A DNA stretch of 64,000 nt from a virus. The translations under genes and the position numbers were made by a program. Location of the stretch: IMG/VR virus record IMGVR_UViG_3300029989_000005; one strand, written 5' to 3'. The notes under the pieces are model-generated. The model saw only the letters and a program-made list of their open reading frames with translations, had not been told where the DNA came from and made no database searches. Of this stretch, positions 20,850-33,482 are shown piece after piece. Each line of letters begins with the position of its first letter. The stretch's first letter is position 1.

Positions 20850-21203
20850 TTATTCGGTAATTTTTGGTTGGGAAACTTCTTCTGAGTATGTTAATCCACA
20901 TTTTTTATACGACCAAAATCCACCATCGTATTTTGAACCACCAACCAAATCTCCTGTAAGTATGGCAGACAACCCTTGACCTTTAGTTTGCTCAGTTATA
21001 TCCTCTGCTGTGAACAGGTTATGTTGCATGGATGGTTGACCATTACTATATATGCTATTTTGGGTCATTGAAGAAATTAAAAAATCAGGGTCTTCATTCT
21101 CAGAATATTTTTCCAATTCCTTGAAGTCATTCCAATCGGTAACGGTTATAACAATAGCCATTTTACCAAATTTCCTTACAAATGTGTTGCTTTGAGTTGC
21201 CAT
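20850..21203 (-). CDS. Hypothetical protein
   Basis: ORF track. Confidence 0.55.
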   Translation of the reverse strand: MATQSNTFVRKFGKMAIVITVTDWNDFKELEKYSENEDPDFLISSMTQNSIYSNGQPSMQHNLFTAEDITEQTKGQGLSAILTGDLVGGSKYDGGFWSYKKCGLTYSEEVSQPKITE

Positions 21204-21218
21204 AGTTTCTACATTTTA

Positions 21219-21476
21219 TTAAAATGTTGTTGTTAACTTATCTTTGTCAATATATAATATTTCAAGATTTGGGTCATTTGAGGCATTACAATATGTAAGT
21301 TCTGATAATACTATACTGACTTGATTAAGTGCTGAATTCCAAGGAAACGTATACTGATGATTATTGCTATCTTTAGGAATAACAATAACATTACATGTAA
21401 TCAAGTGACCTTTATCATGAGATTCATTAGAAAAGCATCCAAATCCATGTATATTAGATTCTTTTATATATAACAT
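21219..21476 (-). pseudogene. C-terminally truncated SET-domain protein
   Basis: IKESNIHGFGCF..CNASNDPN; stops before the GEEL..Y motif. Confidence 0.5.
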
Positions 21477-21494
21477 TTTAAATATTTTTATATA

Positions 21495-23209
21495 TCAGTA
21501 GCAAAGATTATCAATTTGTTTCTTTGTATAATATCGAGGTTTAAGATATGGTACAACCTGATAAGTACAAACGCCAAGCTTTATAAGGTTCAATTGTTTG
21601 GTTATATTTTCCGCAGCCTGTTTGAAATTAAATTTATGTGCAAGCTCAGGACTAAATTCATCGGCATATTTCCAAGATTTAATAACGCCTTTGTAAATTT
21701 TTGTATATGATATGTATTTTACAACGTAAAAATTGTTTGTACATTTGATAATATATTTTTCAGCCATATTTATTTGTCCAACTTAGCCATTATATATTTC
21801 GTGTGTTCCAATTTCCATTTTTCCATTATACTTATAAACTGTTCTTTAGTGATTTCGTGATTTGAGCCATTTCTACTTAAATGATTGCTATCTGAAATAT
21901 GTATTCTAAATTCATCTGTATATTCTGCTCCACCCATCACATGTAAACCTGTGAAATTTATATTATAATCATCCACATAATCAATCTTATCAACTCTTGT
22001 GATAGATGTTGATGATATTTGATAGAATTTACCAATATATTCATCGTATTCTCTGTTTTCCTCAATTTCAATAAGCTTGTCTATTTCCGAGATATCAGAT
22101 AGCTTGGATACCTTTAATGCAATTAGTTCTGTTATATTCATAATTAGTATAAATATGATTTAATATGTTTAACAGTTTCCATAGGTACTATAAATTTACG
22201 TGTTTGCTTGAAAGGTTTATTATCTATATAAGGTTTCATTGAGAATACTTCTTCGCATATCAGTTCCCTTGTTTTAAGGTTCAAAATAGCTAATTTATCC
22301 TCGAAATCACAGCCAATTATACTAACTTTAAGCTCTATGGTATCATTGACTATATTTTGTTCATGTATATCCAATTTAAGAGTTATTTTCCAATTATTCA
22401 GCTGTGAGCTATAAGATGTTTTATACATATTTTTGATATTTTTTATTTGTAATACATGTCCTCATTCACATAAATGTTTAATATAAGTAAATCTATCTGT
22501 TCTTGGGTTAAGAATGTTTTGAGTTCCAAGAATCTACCACTACATCTTTGCCTGAAATTTATATATAATGTTTCAGCATCTCCTTTGAATATACGTTGGA
22601 AAGTTAATAAATTAGCATTGTTTTCAAACGTTCTCATTCTACTTTCAACCACAGCCCAATTTCTTAAAATGGTTGATAGAGGTTGATAAACCTCATTAAT
22701 GTTGTCTTTGCTTATTTCTATTATAAAAATTTAAGAATTACAGTATTTAAATATAAATTCAACATTATCATCCTCTTTAATTACGCCTAACTTTATTTGC
22801 TCAGAAATATAATTTGATTTTGTTTCAGAAATATGATATGTGCTTATCGCCTCTACTGATAAAAAGAAAGGCATTGTTTTATTATTAACTAATATTTGGT
22901 AATTTCTGTAATGTGCATTCATATATATTAATGTGTTTTGGTAATATATAAATTTACCATGGATTCAATGCCATATAAAATTGCTATCGAATTTATGGAA
23001 ATGGAGTAGGATTCTCCAAGTATTTCGATATAATCTTTGGATACCATATTAAACTTTTTATAGTCTTTACTGATAGCACAATCACGTAATATAAGTTGAA
23101 ATGATTCACTTAACTTTGATTTACGTTTATTAAATATTTTTTCAGCACTTTTAAAGGCTTCGTAATTCCTTTTCATGGATTCATAATCTTTCCTGATTAC
23201 TGTTATCAT
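21495..23209 (-). other. Block of six small hypothetical CDS
   Basis: Contiguous minus-strand ORFs at 21495, 21770, 22144, 22443, 22731 and 22928. Confidence 0.55.
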
Positions 23210-23210
23210 A

Positions 23211-23915
23211 TTAGTAGACTTTAAGTGATTTTTCTAACTGTTTTTCCTCAATCCTCTGTTTCATTAGTGTAAACATTGATTCATCTTTTTCAATCATTAT
23301 GAAATGTCTTCCCATTTCCAAACATGCTACACCTGTTGTACCACTACCTGCAAACATATCTAGAATTACATCTCCCTCGTCTGAGTGAATTGAAAGTATA
23401 TCTTTGATTAGCCAAATGGGTTTTTGTGTCATATGACCTACTTTTTCACTTTTCTTGGTAAGTCCACCTTTGAATTCAGGTATTTGATATTTTTCACTTT
23501 GACTATTGAAAACCCATTTAGCCTTTTTATTGGTACACCAAATAGCAACCTCATAATCTGTTATATATCTTCGATTTCTGTTTCTAGGCATTGGATTAGT
23601 TTTCTTCCATCTCAACATGTCTTTGATAACTAATCCGACACTTTCGCAATATTTCGCAATCTCTCCGATGTTTTTCCAATCATTAAAAATAATCACAGAA
23701 CCATTCTTGGATAGTATTCTAGGTATTTCATCGATGTATGAAAACATATCAAAATCCTTATCCCAATCTCCAAAATCTATTCCCGACCTACCCATGGTTT
23801 TAAAGTTATTTTTCCGAGATATAACATAAGGTGGGTCAGTAAGTACGAGATTTACGCTGTGGTCTTTAATTAATTTCATTTCGGTTATACAATCACCTAA
23901 AATCATTTTATCCAT
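23211..23915 (-). CDS. DNA amino-methyltransferase, beta class (probably m6A), orphan
   Basis: TDPPY precedes HxTQKP and DMFAGSGTTG. Confidence 0.9.
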   Translation of the reverse strand: MDKMILGDCITEMKLIKDHSVNLVLTDPPYVISRKNNFKTMGRSGIDFGDWDKDFDMFSYIDEIPRILSKNGSVIIFNDWKNIGEIAKYCESVGLVIKDMLRWKKTNPMPRNRNRRYITDYEVAIWCTNKKAKWVFNSQSEKYQIPEFKGGLTKKSEKVGHMTQKPIWLIKDILSIHSDEGDVILDMFAGSGTTGVACLEMGRHFIMIEKDESMFTLMKQRIEEKQLEKSLKVY

Positions 23916-23929
23916 ATACTCAAATATTT

Positions 23930-24423
23930 TTTAAATGTGATAATTGTAGGACTTGAGCCTACAAGGGGCTTTTGCCTCCACAGTAACCATATCCTCCGAC
24001 TTATTAGGTACATCCTGCAGCCTATGTCAATTCATTAAGACCATTCCATTCACTTTCGTTACTAGGTTAGTGTTTACCATTTCTCGGCAAATTATCAGTT
24101 TATCATTTATATTTGAAAACCACCAAAGGTATCCAAGAGATATTCAGAAATATTCCAAATTTGCCGAGAAATATCAGACATATCTCAGAGGCTTTCCCTT
24201 GAATTCAAAGTTTTAAAGTTATGTCAGTAAGTGAGATAGGAAATGAGTTCAAGGAATATGGCAAAAAGTTTCAAAGAGATAGTAAGAGAGGTCAAATATA
24301 TGGACAATATGGGGGATATATATTATATACTATTATGTCAGTTGAAAATTATTAATACAGAGATAACAATACCAAGTCTGAATATCTTTAACATCTTTTA
24401 ACTTAATTATGATATATGTCAGT
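23930..24423. promoter_or_regulatory. ~490-bp non-coding locus with inverted repeats and TATGTCA(G/A)T boxes
   Basis: 15-bp inverted repeat 24079-24093/24158-24172; boxes near 24023, 24220, 24334 and 24415. Confidence 0.45.
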
Positions 24424-24657
24424 TCAAATAGTATATAAAAGTATTGTCCTGTCAAAATCATCTGCCATAATTATTGATGAACCTTTAGCCGATAGATTCC
24501 ACATAGTTATTCTTTCTATCATTTTTACTTGTGAGTTTATTTTATATGCCATTATCCCTACTCTGATGCATAATTCCTTAGTGGTAAAAGGTACTTCTAC
24601 CCCACTTATAATCAATATAAATTTAGTTATTGTCTTTGTTTTAGATTCAAGCATAAC

Positions 24658-25008
24658 TTAGTATTTTTTTTGATTTATTAAACCATTGAAACCGTTTAAT
24701 ATATTGAATGTGGGGATGAACTTACATTCAATATTTTTTATACATTTAAAAGTCATTGTTAATTTATCCCTATCTATGGAGAGTATTTTTAAATTAGGAC
24801 TTATAAATGACGAATTACAATATGAAAGTTCTGATAATGCTATACTTACCTGATTAAGTGAGGAATTCCAAGGGAATAAATATTGATTATTGTTGTAAGA
24901 TTTGGAAATTATTATAACGTTACATACTATTTTAGAACCTACTTTAATTTTTCTTACTTGAAAAACAGCCAAATCCGTGTCTATCAGATTTGGCAACATA
25001 TAAGCCAT
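24658..25008 (-). pseudogene. Degenerate SET-domain paralog
   Basis: Shares QYxFPWNSxLNQVSIxLSELxYCNxS with 21219-21476; lacks the SET C-terminal motif. Confidence 0.45.
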
Positions 25009-25029
25009 TATGATTCATTAGTTTTTATA

Positions 25030-26311
25030 TTAAGCATTTATTTCGCACCAATCAGATGCACCTGTGATTAGATTTATAGCTATTTCTTGGTTATAAAATG
25101 TTAGAGGTATAAATCTCTTAATTGTGTTATTCCATCTTACAACCATATAACCACAATTATGATCAATCTTTATAAGTATTTCTTTATTATCATGCTTTTC
25201 ATCAGGTAATACACCATCGCCAATTCTATTCCATTTCATACATTATCCCTTTTAAGTCTAGCCTTATCTCTATCAGCTTTCATTTTGTCTTTAATGTTCT
25301 GAGGTAATGAATCTTGTGCTTTCTTATCAAAAGTTATACATTTCATATTAAAAGTTATTAGGTAAGCTCCTTATAATCCAATTGGCAAATTCCTTATAGT
25401 TTATAATAGTTCGTTCTTCTTTACCATTATAATCCCTAGTCACAAGTGTATCTATATCGTACATTTGTGATTCTATTCTAACAAATTCCTTAGCTTTATT
25501 ACCCTTAAATTGTGCATATTGCCTATATAATCTTCTATCATTCATAATTTTACTTAGTGTGAGAAAGTTTAATAGTTTGGTATCTTTTCAAAGTTTCAGT
25601 ATTAAATTCACCAGCTATATAAGATAATCTATTATCAACATCCACCTTTATCCATGAGGTTTCATCAGCCCATGTAGTAAATCTTTTACTTTCAAAATTC
25701 ATAGTTAAGCCCCTATTTTTAAGCATTATAAACATCATCATAATATTCCTGTAAAGCTATCTTACAACTTTTGGCATCTCTACCCCAAGCTATATCAACA
25801 CCATCTATAGTACCAAAAAATGTTTCACCATGCTCACTATAAACCTGTAAGCAAGTTATGCCGTTTGGATACCATTCATCTACTTTTTGTGACATGATTT
25901 CTTATAATTCTTAGATTTTACAAACATAAGTATTCCATTATATGCACTGTCGTTTGTATGATAACCATGACCAAATGCATCAATGAATGTATTACCATTG
26001 AGTCCTACTACTTTAAATCTATCCTCACCTTTGGAATTTATAAATGGAATAATTGATAATCTACTTGTCATTATAATTAATGATTTTTATTAATGTGCTC
26101 TGAAACGAACTGTTGAAATTCACCCCACATTATATTTCTTGAGTAATTCTGATATTCTTTTTTGCCTTGATTCATTTGCATTTATATCAGACATGCTCTT
26201 TAATATATCTGTTTTAGTTGCTGTACTTGATATTGCACTGACCATTTTCAAAAGCTCTACAAAATCATCGGTACTAACATTAGTTATATCTTTATTTTCT
26301 CCGTCTGCCAT
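25030..26311 (-). other. Block of very small hypothetical CDS
   Basis: Contiguous short ORFs with A-rich leaders, including untracked ORFs at about 25236-25346 and 25718-25879. Confidence 0.5.
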
Positions 26312-26324
26312 AACATTTATGAAT

Positions 26325-26744
26325 TTAAATATTGATTGGGGGTATTACTGAAATGTCGAGGTAATATTGGGGGTCTTTAAAATATGTCATATCAGCAAAC
26401 CCACCACCGCTTAAGTACCCACCTCTAAAAATATTGATTACATAACATATACGACCATGAGGCTTATGGGTGAATACATCACCAACAATTGTGCCATCTG
26501 TATGCCTTGACTCATTGAATAAAGCTATTTCACCACCCATAAATTTAGCCATTTCCCCAATCATTAGCAAATGGGAATCTATTTCCTCTTGCCAAGGTAT
26601 TGCAATCAAGTCCATATCCCGATTCAATGAACCATGAATAACTAAATTATAACCATATCTTATAGCTATCTCCTTTAAAGGTTCAAAGTAAACAGCAAAC
26701 AAACTTGGTTTAGCGTGTATAGGTTTAGGTATTACTGTATCCAT
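26325..26744 (-). CDS. Conserved phage protein, nucleotidyltransferase-like motif
   Basis: IHGSLNRDMDLIAIPW (GS..DxD). Confidence 0.5.
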   Translation of the reverse strand: MDTVIPKPIHAKPSLFAVYFEPLKEIAIRYGYNLVIHGSLNRDMDLIAIPWQEEIDSHLLMIGEMAKFMGGEIALFNESRHTDGTIVGDVFTHKPHGRICYVINIFRGGYLSGGGFADMTYFKDPQYYLDISVIPPINI

Positions 26745-26747
26745 AAG

Positions 26748-27378
26748 TCATTTATCCATTATTATTAAATTACCCATAAAAGTTCTCAAGTCTTGTAATA
26801 TATCTTTAAGATAATAAATGTTACTCCAATAATCATCTCCCTTATCTGAGTTTTGCCATTTATTAGACCTTTGACTATAAATCAGCTCACGTCTAGAAAT
26901 TTCATCCTCTAAAGGCTTATACACATCCTTGATACCTTTAATTACATCTACCTTTGCCATCTGTACATTCACCTATTATGTCATATGGGGTAACTATTTC
27001 CTTGGCGGTAAAATCCCCATGTTTTATACATTTACCTGTATCCACGTTCCATGCACATGTAAATGGTTCTTTATGACCTAAGCAATCAATTAGATATCCT
27101 ATTGGATTTTCATCTATGAAAGTCATTATGAAAGCAGTCCAACCACCTTTAGTTTTGTATTTATGACCTGTTGTTATACCAAACTGCATAATTCATTAAT
27201 AATTACGCTTGAGTTTGATGTATAATGCAAGCGTACATAAAGGAAATATTATACCACCTGTAGCAAGCATTACACAACCATCAACATGATCAGTAACCAC
27301 CATAATAAGTACACCAATCCAACATACAATTGCCATTAATACACCTTGCTTAATTTGTTTTTTTAATAATTCTTTCAT
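26748..27378 (-). other. Three small hypothetical CDS (one with two TM helices)
   Basis: ORF track. Confidence 0.5.
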
Positions 27379-27848
27379 TTTTCGGATTTTTCTATTAAGT
27401 AAAATTCTAATATTCCGTGATAATCCAATTGATCAAATAATGGATAATCAAATATGTCTATATTATTAGGATTTGGGTCATGAACTATCCTGAATTCTTT
27501 ATCTATAATCACAGCATGAGTACAGGCTGATGATTTAGCTAAATCATCAGCCGTAAAAGAACTTGGGGAGTAAACAATACCTATGAACAATCCGCTAACA
27601 CCTTTATTATCTACTATTGTAGGCATTGAATCACCGCCATAGCAGCCTATTTGTCTTGGATTATATATAGTTCCTTTAAATTCATAACCTGAATCCATTA
27701 TAAACTTAAAAAGAACCTCGTACCATTCAGCACCATGAGATATGAAATGTGGTACTAGCTCTAAATCAATTTCTAGCAAACTTGCTGCAGCCGCTTGTAA
27801 GCAATTACCATTTCCCTTCTTAAAAATTGTTTGATATATTTTCTTCAT
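27375..27848 (-). CDS. Papain-like/C39-like fold hypothetical
   Basis: GNCLQAAAASLL...HAV...HDPNP (Cys-His-Asp). Confidence 0.5.
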   Translation of the reverse strand: MKKIYQTIFKKGNGNCLQAAAASLLEIDLELVPHFISHGAEWYEVLFKFIMDSGYEFKGTIYNPRQIGCYGGDSMPTIVDNKGVSGLFIGIVYSPSSFTADDLAKSSACTHAVIIDKEFRIVHDPNPNNIDIFDYPLFDQLDYHGILEFYLIEKSEK

Positions 27849-28720
27849 TTGTTTTTATAATTTTGTAACAATTTTGCACATAAAGATTCAGGGGAATCAT
27901 GTAAATCAGTTACCAACATATCAAACACATCGATTTTGTATTCATCGTTATAAAGATTATGCAAATAATCTTTACCCTTTTTATTGACACCAACAATTTC
28001 CATTTCAATAATTTTATTATCATAAACAGTATAGCAAATATCATCCACATTAAAATGTGTTTTATATGGTATATTTGTATTAGATTCTCCATTAGGGGAT
28101 GCAGTATCATTACCATGCATAGGTGGAATATTGTCTTTAAATTCAGAGGTATTTACCTTATGTACATATTTACGTTTTTCTTTAATAGGTTGTATGAATT
28201 TTTCATTTAAATCAAGGAATACCTTAGGTTGTGTGTTGCTTGATATATGTATAGAATCTAAATCAAGTGGCTTTACCTTATGTACATATTTGCGTTTTAC
28301 TCTAAAAACTTGTTGCTTATCATTTTCGTTAAGGAATATCATTGGTGGTGAACTATTTAATTTATTATTCACGGTGTCGGTTTTATTATAATATTTACGA
28401 ACTTCGTATTTAACAAGCTTTGTATCAATAGCAACAGGTTCGAAATACTTAACCACATCACCAATTAATTTTGTATAATTTGGAGTTACAGAGGTTTTAG
28501 ACCTATATCTTATATTTCCACCATCATTAGATATTGCGAACTCATTACAATTACTCAAAACAAACATTATAGCCTCACTCCATGATTTATCCAATCCAAA
28601 CATATTATAGATTGGTGTTAAAGGATGATCTTTTACAGAAACCCACTCATTATCACAAAATTCAAATAAATGTTTAAATAAACTCCTTAAATTTTCTATT
28701 TTATTATCGGTATCAATCAT
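27845..28720 (-). CDS. Hypothetical protein with duplicated KRKYVHKV motif
   Basis: Motif occurs twice; basic, possibly DNA-binding. Confidence 0.55.
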   Translation of the reverse strand: MIDTDNKIENLRSLFKHLFEFCDNEWVSVKDHPLTPIYNMFGLDKSWSEAIMFVLSNCNEFAISNDGGNIRYRSKTSVTPNYTKLIGDVVKYFEPVAIDTKLVKYEVRKYYNKTDTVNNKLNSSPPMIFLNENDKQQVFRVKRKYVHKVKPLDLDSIHISSNTQPKVFLDLNEKFIQPIKEKRKYVHKVNTSEFKDNIPPMHGNDTASPNGESNTNIPYKTHFNVDDICYTVYDNKIIEMEIVGVNKKGKDYLHNLYNDEYKIDVFDMLVTDLHDSPESLCAKLLQNYKNK

Positions 28721-29523
28721 ATCGGTAAAGTTTATTATATTAGGAAATTATTGCATTTATGCTTATATAGTTATCAATCTCATATGATTTATAATAAGGT
28801 GTACTTAAGTCTTCATAATATTTTGTAACTCTTAAATGTGCTAAGTAAAACATAAATATTTACAATTGATTAAAATTATAATAGTGCTGTTCAACAGGGG
28901 TATCCAACAATATTGACATTATAAACGCTCTTTCCTCTTTAGTATAATGAACATGAGTATATCCATGCAGTACCCGCCAACGTAACCAATATGAATGTGA
29001 TTTCTTTTTGTCAAAAGGTGCTGTTCTATCATGATGACATACAGGACAACCATACATTTTAGGTGATGATGAATTACACTCAGGGCAAAAACCTAGCAGA
29101 TGTCTGCTGAACCAAACATGTAAATAGTAAAATGGATTATTCATATCAATTGTATTAGAGGTTTAATAATTTATATTTTTAATCAATTTATATTATCACT
29201 TAAGATATTTCGATAGAACTATGAAATCATTTGGATATTTTGAATTACGACCATTTTTATAAAATCTTTCCTTATTTATAGGCAAAGATTTAGAACAGCT
29301 GTCTGTGCTTTCATCATTGTAATAACTTGTTTGGGACATACATTTTTCAATAGTAATCTCTATTTGTTGATCTAATAAAGATTTTAATTGATCTAAAGTA
29401 ATAGTTATAATTGCATCCATATAAAGATTTTCCTTTTTATAATTGAAAACTTAAAAAGGTTTTAATAGGATTATAAGTACGAAAATTGAAGGAAAATATA
29501 TCGTGTGACCTTGGGTGACATAT

Positions 29524-29557
29524 AAAGAGGACTGAATGTATGTATTCAGTCCTCTTT
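29524..29557. terminator. Intrinsic terminator
   Basis: aaagaggactgaat/attcagtcctcttt perfect stem. Confidence 0.7.
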
Positions 29558-31363
29558 GCTTAATTAGCGTATTTACTTCAATATTGATATTAAAACCAAA
29601 GTCAAAGCGGCAAGCCAACCCGTAATAGTAAAAATCATCGATGAATTCCTAGCAATATTAAGCTTTTTAATTTCATCATTATAAAAATTGACATTGGCTA
29701 TTTGCTTACCGAATTTTCTGACAAGTAAGTCTTTGGCTTTATAATTCACGAATTTAACTATCTTTCGTTTGTCATCGTCTGATATAGGAAATTTATTATC
29801 CCAATCCTTTACATAGCTACTTGCTTTAAAGGTTATATCACTATGATAGTTCTCTTGAACATCAAGTTCAATCTTTATTGCAAAAGTTCCATTTTCTTCA
29901 TAGAGTTCTTGAGCTTTCCTTTCTATATTTTTAATACTCAAGCTTGCAGATTCAACAAGAGTGTCATATTCTGATTTTCTTAATTGTACTATGGCTTCCA
30001 TTGTTTATATATTTTAAAATTATTATATACCTTTTGTAAAACATCCTTTAGATGGCAAACATATTTCCCCTGAATCCAACGGATAACAACAAGTACTGTG
30101 GCTTTCACATAATTTTATTTCTTCATCATCCACCAATTCAAAATGAGTATAATCATAAAAACCACACACCTCAGGAATAGAAACCATAAAATTATCTCCT
30201 TCCCCAACAGTTCCATTAACAACAACTATATCACCTTTTTTAAATATATGATGCTCAATAGACCTGCTTCTTGGATTGTCTTTTGTACATATAACTTTTT
30301 TCGGGTTTCCACGTGTATCATGGAATAGTTTTAGTTTTGGGTCATCTGATTCCAAACCAAAAAGACTTGTTATTGTCATAATTTTAATTTGTTTAACGAT
30401 TTAATCCAAACATTAAATATGTTAGTTATGAAAGATTTAAAATTCTCATAATCGTCGTTTTCCTCAATCCATACACGTTCATCGTTTTCAGAATCCCAAA
30501 GTGTCTTATCTCCAAATCCGAAAATGTCTGTATATCCATTTGTCATATAATAAAACTGATCACAGATTTCTCCATGTTTTTTATACATTTCCTGATTTAA
30601 TTCACAGGCAGCATCTATAAACATCAACTGCTGTTTTTTCCTGTCATTAGCTGTCAAGTGCACAATCATTTCAGCATCGACTTCCCTGAAACAATATTCT
30701 TTATACCAATTATTGTTATAATACTTATATTTATCAACACCCTTGTTGTATAAAACCACAACCCAATCATTAATTGGTATGTTATCCAAACTTAAGGCAT
30801 AAGCCCAATAATATCCGCTTTTTCTCATAATACTTTTAATTTATTTTGTGTATAGTCTTTTGCTAAATCTGTACATTCATCCAATGTATAACGAAAATAA
30901 AATTTATCAAAAATTTTAACAGATATTGTTTTGATATCATTTAACTCATTAATAGAAAATTCAAATTGATTTAAAAATTCAAATATTTTCCCTTGGACTT
31001 TTGTTGGAAATGTGCTTAATGACATATATTTTAATATTAACAATCGGCTTCACATTTGGTTACCTTAACTAAGTAAATTATCCCCATGCTTTTTTTACAA
31101 AATTTCTTCTTTATTATTTTATATTCGAATATTGGACATCTTTGCCAAATAACCATAAGTTCCTGTTCAATATCGATATTTCCATGAATTCCATTTAATA
31201 CCTCTTCTTCGGTAAATACAAAAGCATATGTAAGATTGTAGCTTTTGCATGGGATATAAAATTTACGAGATATTTTAATGGGATTATCATCATGATTATC
31301 ATCAAATTTTCCATATTTATAATCAGGTTCTTGTCTAAATTTTTTATGAAATATTTCCATGCC

Positions 31364-31549
31364 TTATAATATTTTAAAAGATTGATTGTTAAAATCCAAC
31401 TCAACTGTTTCTCCCTCTTTAATTGATGAAAGTGTACATGCTTCAAAACTTGGACTATCAGGGAAATTTTCGGACTCGTTATCAACTACCTTTTTTAGCT
31501 CCTCAAAAGTATAAGTAACCGTTGATTCATCTTCATTTATATATCACAT
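31364..31549 (-). pseudogene. Small gene with TGA at codon 2
   Basis: AATTAAAAATT-ATG TGA TAT ATA AAT GAA... then open to TAA: M*YINEDESTVTYTFEELKK...FKIL. Confidence 0.5.
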
Positions 31550-33482
31550 AATTTTTAATTTTAAGTAACACAAGTGTGATTTTATTTTATTTTACGTGTT
31601 TCGGAATAAGGATAAATTTTATCAAGAGTTTCAATATAACCACATTTTGGTGTATTACATTTGTGTTGGTAATATAGTCCAATAAATTTTTTACCTGTTG
31701 GTCTTAGTCTTCCTATAATACATCTAGGACATCGATAGTCTGCATCAACTGTCTGTATTATATTTTCTATTTTAGACATTATCCTCGTAAATTAAGTTAA
31801 ATTCTTCCTTAATATATTGCTTCTCTTCAATGAAGGTGTCTGAAATATCACCTTGAAACACATCACAGCCTATTATATTATCATCACCATCACCAACCCC
31901 GAATCGTATTCTTGATTCACAGTCAGGATAATTACAATTACAATAATTACATAAATTATCGGTTTTGTCCTCTAATTCAAATGCTTTAATTTGGCTATTA
32001 TCCCCAATGCTTATGCAATCAACAATTTCATCTTTAGTCATTGGAGTATAATTATGTATTGTAATAGCCATACAATCATCTATTTCCTCTTCATCCACAT
32101 CATCATCGTTATAAAGTGGTGTTCCTACCCCCATATATGCTGTAAATGTATTGTATTCTAAAAACATTATAGCCTCAAGTTCAGGGTCATATTCAGGGTC
32201 ATCTTTGTTATCAGGGTCTTCCGAATACTGCTTGGCTAACATGTTAATCATTTTCTTTTTGGAATATACAACACGGTTTGTTTCAGCATTCAAACCAAGT
32301 ATAGCATTATCAAAACCATCCACAAATAATGTTTCACTCATGATATTATTTTATAATTTATATTATTTCTACTAAGTGCTTTGTTGAATATTTTTATATT
32401 ATTTTTAGTTGGTACAACAAATTCTTTATCAGCAGTACCAACCATTATAGCATTATCCTCTATCATTGAAATCATTGAATCAAATTCCCTTTGAGTTAAT
32501 TCAAGTATTATCTTTTTCATTTATTGAAAATATCTAAAGCCTCTAAACCCTTTCATAGGAATAGGTGCTATCTTATGAAATTCACCACTTCTTTGAATAA
32601 ATTTACCAACCCAAGCAGTACCCGTAGTTTCACAATTAAATGGTTTATCACTTAGTGCTGTAATAAACATATATCCTATTATGTTTCCCTTATAACACAG
32701 ATAACATTTCTTACCAACCTCTGTTTGCTTTGGATATGAGGTAACTTTGAAATTCATTACATACTTACCATCTTTCACCAAATCAAGTTCCTTTTGGTAT
32801 TCTTCCCATTTTGTGATTGATGGTATTGTTATAATTATGTCCTTTGTTTGAGAGTGATCAATGGCTAATTGTTTCATAATGTTATAGTAAATTCAGTAAA
32901 TGCAATTATATTTTTATCGTCATACATTGGCTCTAAATATATTGAATGTCTACCACCTACAAAAGTATCTTGTATTATAGGTCTACCACAAAATGTACAA
33001 ATACCATCACTATACCAAGTATCTCTATTACCACAGCTTGTTAGGTCTACTTGCCCATCAAAAAAATTATTTTTAGAATTATGAATACAATATTCTTTAA
33101 ATTCTATAAATACGGTATCAAATAAACGTGTTTTAATGTTTAAAATATAATCAGTGGACTCCTTTTTGAGCAAAAACACTTGATCGTTGTAAATATATGG
33201 AGGTCTTAATTTTGTACATATTTTAGTATCCGATGAAATCCTTACTCTAAGACAATCATCTAGTTGAAATACTTTATAAATAATTTGACAGTTTTTCTCT
33301 ATATCTTTAGTGAAAGACATAACAGATGATTCATTAATTATATGTTGACATTTATGGATGCACCACTCATTATTCTCCATTACAATGAAGTATTCATTTT
33401 CACTTATATAACCTTTTACAGCAAAATGAATATTTTCCGAGATTTTAACTATTTTACCTTTTATTTTCATAATGTTAGCAAC

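Larger units (their letters stand above)
28860..33470 (-). other. Block of small hypothetical CDS
   Basis: Contiguous minus-strand ORFs, several with CxxC pairs. Confidence 0.55.

Noticed and set aside
23953-24216. 87-aa + strand ORF in the 24 kb gap
   Set aside because: Non-ATG start inside hairpins, against local strand orientation, no protein-like features
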